From a virus (taxonomy: Duplodnaviria > Caudoviricetes), in IMG/VR virus record IMGVR_UViG_3300047550_001246, positions 1 to 56,160 of that record: a DNA stretch of 56,160 nucleotides. One strand, given 5' to 3'. Position numbers and translations under genes: made by a program. This document shows positions 45,176 through 52,494 of this stretch, one piece after another; the stretch's first letter is position 1, and every line of letters begins with the position of its first letter. Below the pieces are notes generated by a model. The model ran no database searches and had not been told where the DNA came from. It saw only the letters and a list, made by a program, of their open reading frames with translations.

Positions 45176-45712
45176 ATGAGCGACGAAAGACTGAAGAAAG
45201 TACTTAACGAAGGGCGTGAGAATCGGCTTGCGTATGATCGCGCAGCAACTGAGAGCCGTGAGCTGTCAGACGATGCCCGTGTTGAGATGTTTCGGCAGCA
45301 GTTTATTCAGGCCGCGTTGCCTGATTTGCCAAAAATTCCGGGTTACCACACTTGCTGGTTGACCACCACGAACCCTAGAGATTCGATCCAGTCTCGCATT
45401 CGGCTAGGTTATGAGCCGATTAAACCCGAAGAGGTTCCCGGTTGGGAATACGTCTCGATTAAGACTGGCGAATGGGCAGGTTTCGTTGGAGTCAACGAGA
45501 TGCTGGCGTTTAAGCTTCCCATGTCGCTGTACAAAAAGTACATGCAGGCGGTGCACTACGATGCCCCCAATGAGGAAGAAGCGCGGCTGATTGGTGCGAA
45601 TGAGCGCATGCGAGAGCAGGCTGAACGCGCCGGTTCAAGTTTGGTCGAGGGTGATGGCATGTCGGCAATTCGGGAATCCGCTAAGGTACGCGCACCAAAT
45701 GAGTGGGCGTAA
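45176..45712 (+). CDS. Conserved head-module protein
   Basis: LP..P..PGYH.CW and R.RLGYEP motifs. Confidence 0.65.
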   Translation: MSDERLKKVLNEGRENRLAYDRAATESRELSDDARVEMFRQQFIQAALPDLPKIPGYHTCWLTTTNPRDSIQSRIRLGYEPIKPEEVPGWEYVSIKTGEWAGFVGVNEMLAFKLPMSLYKKYMQAVHYDAPNEEEARLIGANERMREQAERAGSSLVEGDGMSAIRESAKVRAPNEWA

Positions 45713-45742
45713 TTAGCAATTACGTTTTGTGAGGATTTAATT

Positions 45743-46303
45743 ATGCCTTCGACCAGTGCAGCTTTTGGCCTGCGTCCGGCTTTTCATCCGAGCGGGGTTG
45801 TTCGCCCTGTCGCGATGACTATTGAGTCGGGCTACAACGCCAATATTCTCCAGTTCCAGCCAGTCCTGATTAGTGCCACGGGCAACATTCAGGCTGCTGG
45901 TGCCAGTACTCCCTTCGTGGGTTCGTTCATGGGTGTCGAGTTCACCGATACCGATGGTCGCCGCCGCGTGAGCAACAAGTGGACCGCCGGAACTTCGGCT
46001 ACGGACATTGTTGCTTATGTGACGACCGATCCGGCTATCGTGTACGAGATCCAATCGGACGCGACCTTGACGCTTGCGGATATTGGTTCTCAGATGGACT
46101 TTGACAGTGTTACCGCTGGTAGCACGACGACTGGCCTCTCTGCGGCCATGTTGGACGTTGCTTCCAAGACCACCTCGGGCAACGCTCTTTGCCGTGTTGT
46201 TAACCTCCAGCCGGATGTCAACAACGCTTGGGGCGACGCTTTCGTCGTTGTTCAAGTCCAGATCAGCGAGCACCAGTTTGTCGCTGACCGTGCAGCCATT
46301 TAA
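45743..46303 (+). CDS. Capsid decoration / cement protein
   Basis: AFGLRP, G.F.G.EFTD and DP.IVYEIQ motifs; immediately before the major capsid gene. Confidence 0.65.
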   Translation: MPSTSAAFGLRPAFHPSGVVRPVAMTIESGYNANILQFQPVLISATGNIQAAGASTPFVGSFMGVEFTDTDGRRRVSNKWTAGTSATDIVAYVTTDPAIVYEIQSDATLTLADIGSQMDFDSVTAGSTTTGLSAAMLDVASKTTSGNALCRVVNLQPDVNNAWGDAFVVVQVQISEHQFVADRAAI

Positions 46304-46316
46304 GGAGGACTAGAAC

Positions 46317-47231
46317 ATGGCAGTCCCAATGCGTAGTACTGACTTTCGTTCCATCGTTGAGCCTATTCTTAACGAGGCTTTCGATGGCATTTATGACCAG
46401 CGTGCTGACGAGTGGAAGCAAGTATTCGTCCAGCAGCAGGGCATTCCCCGCAACTACCACGAAGAGCCGGTTCTGTACGGATTCGGCGCTGCTCCGGAAC
46501 TTCCGGACGGCACCCCGGTCACGTATGACGCTGGCGGCGTGCTCTTCTTGCAGCGTTACGTCTACAAGGTCTACGGCCTTGCATTCGCGCTCACGAAGGT
46601 ACTCGTGGAAGACGGTGACCACATCCGTATCGGCCAGACCTACGCCAAGCACTTGGCGCAGTCGCTGATCGAAACGAAGGAAACCCTCGGCGCTAACATC
46701 CTTAACCGCGCTTTCACCTCCGGCTACAACGGCGGTGACGGTGTGACGCTTGTTGCGACGAACCACCCGATTGCTACGGGTACGTTCAGCAACCAGCTCA
46801 CGACCCCGGCGAACCTGTCCCAGACCTCGCTTGAGCAGATCCTCATTCAGATCCGCAACGCTGTTGACAACAACGGCAAGCGCATCCGTTTGAACCCGGA
46901 GAAGCTCGTTGTGTCGCCGTCGAACGTGTTCCAAGCGGAAGTGCTCCTCAAGAGCGTTCTCCGTACTGGCACGGCTGACAACGACATCAACCCGGTGAAG
47001 TCGATGGGCCTTCTCGCTGGCGGTCAGGCCAACCTGTCGCGTTTGACCTCGACCACCGCTTGGTGGGTGAAGACGGACGCGCCGGAAGGTCTGAAGCTGA
47101 TGATGCGTCGTGGCCTTGAGAAGAGCATGGAAGGTGACTTCGAAACCGACTCCACGCGCTTCAAGAGCACGGAGCGTTATGCGTTCGGATGGACCGATCC
47201 ACGCACCGTGTTCGGCACACCTGGCGTGTGA
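46317..47231 (+). CDS. Major capsid protein (HK97 fold, Mu gpT-like)
   Basis: 304 aa, strong AAGGAGG RBS and codon bias; GFG.A...DG, GGDG..L...HP and EGDFET....K..ERY.FGW.DPR motifs; followed by a terminator. Confidence 0.9.
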   Translation: MAVPMRSTDFRSIVEPILNEAFDGIYDQRADEWKQVFVQQQGIPRNYHEEPVLYGFGAAPELPDGTPVTYDAGGVLFLQRYVYKVYGLAFALTKVLVEDGDHIRIGQTYAKHLAQSLIETKETLGANILNRAFTSGYNGGDGVTLVATNHPIATGTFSNQLTTPANLSQTSLEQILIQIRNAVDNNGKRIRLNPEKLVVSPSNVFQAEVLLKSVLRTGTADNDINPVKSMGLLAGGQANLSRLTSTTAWWVKTDAPEGLKLMMRRGLEKSMEGDFETDSTRFKSTERYAFGWTDPRTVFGTPGV

Positions 47232-47263
47232 CCCGCTTACGCGGAACAGTCCAAAAGACTGGA

Positions 47264-47292
47264 GAGAGGGGGCTTCGGCCCCCTTTCTTTTT
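47264..47292 (+). terminator. Intrinsic terminator after the major capsid gene
   Basis: GAGAGGGGGC-TTCG-GCCCCCTTTC followed by T5. Confidence 0.85.
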
Positions 47293-47294
47293 GC

Positions 47295-47322
47295 TTGACG
47301 GCGCTATAGAAAAGCCTAAACT
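47295..47322 (+). promoter_or_regulatory. Putative promoter
   Basis: TTGACG-16-TAAACT. Confidence 0.5.
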
Positions 47323-47333
47323 AGAAAATAGGA

Positions 47334-47403
47334 CTAGGTGTAACCAGCCCATCTGACCGGCCTAGCGGACGATGCACAGACAGGTGGGCGACTCGTGCAT
47401 GAG
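47334..47403 (+). ncRNA. Candidate structured cis-regulatory leader RNA (double pseudoknot)
   Basis: Three crossing helices: 47334-39/47360-65, 47347-55/47381-89 and 47372-77/47395-400. Confidence 0.5.
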
Positions 47404-47411
47404 GTGATGCA

Positions 47412-47648
47412 ATGGCTAATACAACTTTTACCGGCCCGGTTAATTCGCTTAACGGATTTTCGGGCACTATTCTCACCGTTGCTTCGGCCACGGTAACCAA
47501 TCTTGTTTGCACTTCGCTGACGATTGGCTCGACCAAGCTGACCACGGGTTCAGTTTCGGGCACGATTGCTGATCAAGCGGGTCGCATCCCGGTGTTGATA
47601 GGAAGCACCACACGTTACATCGCTCTGTACAGCAGCCTGACTCCGTAA
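47412..47648 (+). CDS. Small virion protein (head fibre/decoration-like)
   Basis: MANTTFTGPV.S.NGF N-terminus, T/S-rich, C-terminal YIALY. Confidence 0.7.
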   Translation: MANTTFTGPVNSLNGFSGTILTVASATVTNLVCTSLTIGSTKLTTGSVSGTIADQAGRIPVLIGSTTRYIALYSSLTP

Positions 47649-47657
47649 ATTCGCTGG

Positions 47658-47680
47658 GGGGGCTTCGGCCCCCTTTGCTT
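47658..47680 (+). terminator. Weaker intrinsic terminator
   Basis: GGGGGC-TTCG-GCCCCC followed by TTTGCTT. Confidence 0.65.
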
Positions 47681-47702
47681 GTGATTGTGAGGGAAAGCAA
47701 CC

Positions 47703-48332
47703 ATGCGTCCTATTAGTTTTACAAGATCACAGCCTACAGCGAACATTGCGAGCATCGTCACGGCTCAATCTTTGAGTGTGTCGGGTGCAATTACGCTGGA
47801 TGGTGCGTTGGTATCTAACGGTGTGGCTACGCTAACGGTGCCTGCGGTGCTGATTGCGTACAGCCAAGCCTCTTCCACAATTAACTTTGTGGTGACGGGT
47901 ACGGGTCCTGCGGGCCAGTCTCAAGTTGAGACGCTTGCGGTAACGGCGTCGGGCAACCTTACGGGTTCGTTGTCGTTTGCGACAGTGACCAGCATTGTTT
48001 CTGATTCCGCCGCAGCTTCGACCATTAGCATCGGAAACGGTGTGCCAGGTTACACAGCTTGGATTCCGCTCGACATCTACACGCCGAATCAGGTCACGAA
48101 CATTTCCGCAAAGAAGAGCGGAACCGTGAACTACTCGGTTGAGTACACGAACGAAGATCCGTTTAACACGAGCATCCAGCAACTGGCGGTGCCGCATCCA
48201 AACGCGAGTCTGACAAACTCAACGTCTGATGAGACGCAGTTCACGACCACGTTGATGCGTGCGGTGCGACTGAAGATCAACTCAGGCGACGGGTCTGTGC
48301 GATTTACGATCGTGCAGCAGTCCACGAAGTAA
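47703..48332 (+). CDS. Virion structural protein
   Basis: T/S-rich beta protein in the structural operon. Confidence 0.6.
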   Translation: MRPISFTRSQPTANIASIVTAQSLSVSGAITLDGALVSNGVATLTVPAVLIAYSQASSTINFVVTGTGPAGQSQVETLAVTASGNLTGSLSFATVTSIVSDSAAASTISIGNGVPGYTAWIPLDIYTPNQVTNISAKKSGTVNYSVEYTNEDPFNTSIQQLAVPHPNASLTNSTSDETQFTTTLMRAVRLKINSGDGSVRFTIVQQSTK

Positions 48333-48335
48333 GTC

Positions 48336-49031
48336 ATGGCTAACGTCAAGATTACGGACCTTACAGCGGCGACAGCTCTGGGTGGTACGGAGCTGTTTGA
48401 GTGCGTGCAGGCGGCGACTTCGGTCAAAGCCTCTGCGACTCAGATTAAAACGTATGTGGGCAATTCGCTCAACATTACGGGCGGGGTCTTGGGGTCGGTC
48501 ACGATCAGCAACGGCGTAGGTAACTTTAGCTCGCTTGCAATTACGGCGGGTGCAATCCCGTTTAATGCAATTACTAACATTTCTGTTGGCCAATTTGAAT
48601 CTCACATTGATCAAACGGCTGCGTCGGCTAACGTCGCTACCATTGTTCAAATGAATAATGCAGCGGGATTTAACTCTGGAATCACGATCGCTTCCAGTAC
48701 AAACATCACGGTAGCTGCGACAGGAATTTACTCCATCAACGCCAGTCTTCAGTTTGCAAACTCTGATACTACCAACCATACCTCTACTTTCTGGTTTAGA
48801 AAGGACGGGACGAACATTCCAAATTCTGCATCTATTATTTCTGTTCCAAAAGTAGCAGATGGCGGCAAAACATTGGGTCAAGTGACTATTTTTGACTCAA
48901 TAACTGTTAGCAGTTACATACAGTTGGTTTGGTCTGTAAGTAACACAGCTATTACTTTGGATTATTCGTCTGCAACTGCAACTGCGCCGGAAGTTCCCTC
49001 TGTGATCTTTAACATACAGAGAATTAAGTGA
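48336..49031 (+). CDS. Virion fibre/spike-like protein with a C-terminal beta-sandwich
   Basis: VKITDL.AA N-terminal docking motif; ITV..TGIY.I..SLQF...FWFRK.G..I..SA (C1q/BclA-like). Confidence 0.6.
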   Translation: MANVKITDLTAATALGGTELFECVQAATSVKASATQIKTYVGNSLNITGGVLGSVTISNGVGNFSSLAITAGAIPFNAITNISVGQFESHIDQTAASANVATIVQMNNAAGFNSGITIASSTNITVAATGIYSINASLQFANSDTTNHTSTFWFRKDGTNIPNSASIISVPKVADGGKTLGQVTIFDSITVSSYIQLVWSVSNTAITLDYSSATATAPEVPSVIFNIQRIK

Positions 49032-49345
49032 TGAACTGCAAAGGCGACTGGTCAGAGTGGAAGCAGTTTGCCAAAGGCGGTGGGGCGTTTAAGAGTCCCG
49101 CTTGGCAGCGTAAGGCTGGGAAAAATCCGGAAGGCGGGCTAAACGAAGCGGGGCGACGTAGCGCAAAGCGCGAGGGGATGAACTTGAAGCCGCCTGTGAG
49201 TGCGAGCCAAGCGAAGAAGTCCCCGAAGGCAGCGGCACGGCGTCGATCGTTCTGCGCAAGAATGTCTGGGATGCCTGGTCCGATGAAAGATGAAAAAGGC
49301 AGGCCAACGCGGAAGGCACTTTCGTTGAGAAAGTGGGATTGTTAA
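49028..49345 (+). CDS. Small basic protein (DUF6321-like)
   Basis: SPAWQRK.GKNP.GGLN..GR...RR.SFCARM.G...R...SLRKW.C. Confidence 0.75.
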   Translation: MMNCKGDWSEWKQFAKGGGAFKSPAWQRKAGKNPEGGLNEAGRRSAKREGMNLKPPVSASQAKKSPKAAARRRSFCARMSGMPGPMKDEKGRPTRKALSLRKWDC

Positions 49346-49510
49346 ATGGGTGATTACAAGCGTCAGCATCAAATGCCTGCAAGGTATTTTGAGAGTTGGG
49401 CTAGAGATGATCAGTACGTGGAGCGCGGGCAGCGGTTCAAACCGAAGAAGCGCAAGGCAAAGGAATTAGACGATCGCCGTTATCGGCGGGAGCAAGAAAA
49501 TGGGCGTTAA
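49346..49510 (+). CDS. Small basic hypothetical protein (54 aa)
   Basis: Not in the ORF track. [18 protein letters not shown]...; fills the gap between flanking genes. Confidence 0.45.
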   Translation: MGDYKRQHQMPARYFESWARDDQYVERGQRFKPKKRKAKELDDRRYRREQENGR

Positions 49511-51116
49511 ATACCTTAAAGATTTTGATTTCCCGGCTTCTGGCGGCTTCCACAGCAAAGCCATGCCGAGTCGTGCAAACGCTTCCGCAAAAGGAGTTCC
49601 TGCTCGTGCCAAGCCAAACGCTCCGGCTCATGGTGCTCCGAGGATGGAGTCGAAGCCGAGCGTAGGCAAGCGCCAGGGGTATGCTGAAGGTGGCCGCGTT
49701 CCGGGTTACGACATGGATCGACTCCCGGCCAAGAAGCCGCCGGGGCGCACGATGGATTTGGCTCCCTCGAAGCCGGAAAGGGGCGAGTATCAGGGCTACG
49801 ATAGAGGTGGGGAAGTTGAACCACCCAAACCATCTCGGCGTGAGGGTCTTAAACCTTCTAAGCCAATCTATCAAGAACCCTCTGTTTCTCGTTCTTATAA
49901 AAAAGACGATTATAAAAAAATGAAACCGTCTTACGAGATTGAGGTTCATGGTGAGCCAATAAAATACACTCGAAAAGATGAAGAAAAATATTCTGCTTTT
50001 AAAAATGGCGGTAAGATTGCCAAGGTGATGCGCGAGTACAAAGAAGGTAAATTGCATTCGGGCTCCAAGAAGGGCCCGAAGGTAAAGAACCGCGAGCAGG
50101 CAATTGCGATTGCGCTGTCTGAGGCTCGTAAGGCCGGTGCCAAGATCCCGAAGAAGGCTGAGGGTGGCATTTTTGACGAGCAAGAAGAAATTCGCAGCCT
50201 TGGACGTCCGAAAAGTTATGCCGAATCCGGCAGCGCGGGCGGTAGCAACATCAGTTTTAAGGATGCTTTTAGAAAAGCGCGCGAACAGGGACTAAAGGAA
50301 TTTAATTGGCGCGGTGATAAGTACAGCACCAAAGTTAAGGAAGAAGTTAAAAGCGAGCGCAAGGTCGAAGAGAAGCCAGCTAAGAAAGCAGAAACCAAGA
50401 AGGAGATGTCTGCTTCTGAGCGTCAACGCGAGTTCTACCTCAAGAACCCGGAGCCGGGGCTTAAGTCGGTTGCACCGGAAGAGGTGCTCTTTGGACCGAA
50501 GGCTAAGGCCGCGCTTGCTGGAGCGGGTGCAGCCGCTGCGGGCTATGGATTTAAGAAGTTGCGCGACATGCTGATGCGCCGTGGCGAAAGCGCGCGCAAG
50601 GTAGCCAAAGATGTCAGCAAGGGTGATCTTGCGATGGCGCGTAGCGCAGCCGCTCGAGAGTCTGAAGCAAAGGCAATGGAAGGCTTCAAGAAACAGATGC
50701 AAGCTCGTCAGGGGATGGGCGCTCGATACGCCAAGGGCGGCGAGGTGTTTAGCACGGAGTACTTGGCATACGGCGACAAGAAGGGTCCGTATCGCGGTAG
50801 TCCGAAGAAGGCCAAGATGCTGGGCCGTCGAGATCGCCTTGCCCGCGAAGCCATGGAGCGCGCGGAAAAGTATGCTCCTGGCATGAGCCTTGATATGAAG
50901 GCCAAGGGCGGAAAGGTTTCTCACGCCGAATGGGAACACAGCAAGCGAGATCTTGCTGAAGACCGCAAGCTTGCCAAGAAATACGGCATGTCTTTGAAGG
51001 CTTGGGAAGAGTCAGCGATGGACAAGAAGCATGACCGGCAGCAGTCGATGAGAGGACTGAAGCATGGTGGTATGTCTTATCGTCGCAAACCAATGTACGG
51101 CGGCGGTAAGTGCTAA
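49500..51116 (+). CDS. Lys/Arg-rich modular protein punctuated by xxxGG linkers (includes a DUF6496-like module)
   Basis: Seven [YFKL][AKD]xGG motifs; [14 protein letters not shown]...V....[11 protein letters not shown] module. Confidence 0.8.
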   Translation: MGVKYLKDFDFPASGGFHSKAMPSRANASAKGVPARAKPNAPAHGAPRMESKPSVGKRQGYAEGGRVPGYDMDRLPAKKPPGRTMDLAPSKPERGEYQGYDRGGEVEPPKPSRREGLKPSKPIYQEPSVSRSYKKDDYKKMKPSYEIEVHGEPIKYTRKDEEKYSAFKNGGKIAKVMREYKEGKLHSGSKKGPKVKNREQAIAIALSEARKAGAKIPKKAEGGIFDEQEEIRSLGRPKSYAESGSAGGSNISFKDAFRKAREQGLKEFNWRGDKYSTKVKEEVKSERKVEEKPAKKAETKKEMSASERQREFYLKNPEPGLKSVAPEEVLFGPKAKAALAGAGAAAAGYGFKKLRDMLMRRGESARKVAKDVSKGDLAMARSAAARESEAKAMEGFKKQMQARQGMGARYAKGGEVFSTEYLAYGDKKGPYRGSPKKAKMLGRRDRLAREAMERAEKYAPGMSLDMKAKGGKVSHAEWEHSKRDLAEDRKLAKKYGMSLKAWEESAMDKKHDRQQSMRGLKHGGMSYRRKPMYGGGKC

Positions 51117-51181
51117 AATAACTTTCGTGTAGTCATAGGGGTCTGCTCGGTGCAGCGGGCCACGGCGCAAGAGGGACCCTA

Positions 51182-52177
51182 ATGGCGACTTCCGGTACGG
51201 TTTCGACAACTCAGTTTACGACTAGGCAGGTCATCGACCATGCCTACAGGCGTTGTCGTTTGGGTGCGCAACAGATCACCTCTGAGATGATCGACATTGC
51301 GAACGACCAGCTTTACCTAATTCTTTCCAATCTTGCTAACCGTGGCGTTCAGCTCTGGTGTATTGAGCGTTTGATATTGCCGCTTTACGAGGGGCAGGGT
51401 GCGGTCACGTTACCGATCGGAACGGTGGATGTGCTCAATACCAACCTGCGAACGCTGCTGGAATCGACCGGAACTACGGCTACGACATCCACGACCTTTC
51501 AGGTTTATAACGTCGATGGTTTGACGGTAACGACGGTTGGCATCAAGTGGTCCGCAACTTCGCAGCCGTATGTGGTTGAGATGTCCAATGACGGCATCAC
51601 TTGGACTGCCGTTGATACGATGGAGTACACCAACGATCCGGATGAGGTCGCTGGCGAGTGGAGCTGGGTCGATACTGAAGTCCCAGAGTCTGCGGATTAT
51701 TTTCGCGTTCGTGTAACGAGCGGAACCCTTTCGGCCTCGGAAGTTTACTTTGGGAACACGCCCAACGAGATCCCTATTGCGCGATTGAATCGCGATGACT
51801 ATACGGCGCTGCCCAACAAATCTTTCCTTGGCCGTCCTTTGCAGTTTTGGTTTGACCGTCAGATCAACCAGCCGATTATGCGTCTTTGGCCAGTTCCGAA
51901 CGCGGCAGCGGAAACGCAGCAGATCATCGCGTGGCGGCATCGTTACATTCAGGATGTTGGCACGATGACGCAAGAGCTGGACATTCCGCAGCGTTGGTTT
52001 GATGCGATTGTGGCGATGTTGGCGTCAAAGCTTGCAGAAGAGACTCCGGAAGTCGATGCAAATCTGATGCCGATCTTGGAGGCAAAAGCGGAGAAGGCGC
52101 TGGCTCAAGCAGAGAACGAAGAGCGCGATAACTCTCCAATTTACTGGACTCCGAATCTCAGTATGTATACGAGGTAA
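51182..52177 (+). CDS. Head-tail adaptor-like protein with an inserted beta domain
   Basis: MATSGT, I..AY.RC, L...ANRG..LW, R..Y...PNK...GRP.QFW.DR, LWPVP and P.RW motifs. Confidence 0.7.
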   Translation: MATSGTVSTTQFTTRQVIDHAYRRCRLGAQQITSEMIDIANDQLYLILSNLANRGVQLWCIERLILPLYEGQGAVTLPIGTVDVLNTNLRTLLESTGTTATTSTTFQVYNVDGLTVTTVGIKWSATSQPYVVEMSNDGITWTAVDTMEYTNDPDEVAGEWSWVDTEVPESADYFRVRVTSGTLSASEVYFGNTPNEIPIARLNRDDYTALPNKSFLGRPLQFWFDRQINQPIMRLWPVPNAAAETQQIIAWRHRYIQDVGTMTQELDIPQRWFDAIVAMLASKLAEETPEVDANLMPILEAKAEKALAQAENEERDNSPIYWTPNLSMYTR

Positions 52178-52179
52178 TC

Positions 52180-52494
52180 ATGGGACTTTTCCTTGATACT
52201 CGTGGACAGCCGTATGCAGCGATTGGAATTTGCGATCGTTGTTCGCGCAAGTTTCCTTTAGCAGAGCTAATGCCTGACCGTAACTCTCCGGGACTTCGGG
52301 TGTGCAAAGTAGATTGGGACGAACTTGATCCGTATCGTTTGCCTGCTCGTCAGACCGAAAGAATTTCGCTTCCTTTTGTGAGGCCCGACGTTCCGCTGTC
52401 TTCGCAGCCGTATGGCGTAATTAGTGAAGACGGCAATACTTTCCTTGTGAACGAAGCAGATGATGATTACCTTGAGCCGGAGCAGCCGCTGTAA
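52180..52494 (+). CDS. Conserved small Cys-containing tail-associated protein
   Basis: A.GICDRC..KF....L......GLRVC....D..DP...RPD. Confidence 0.7.
   Translation: MGLFLDTRGQPYAAIGICDRCSRKFPLAELMPDRNSPGLRVCKVDWDELDPYRLPARQTERISLPFVRPDVPLSSQPYGVISEDGNTFLVNEADDDYLEPEQPL

Noticed and set aside
47334-47403. tRNA or tmRNA in the post-capsid intergenic region
   Set aside because: No cloverleaf, T-loop (TTCGA) or CCA end; kept only as an unclassified structured leader.
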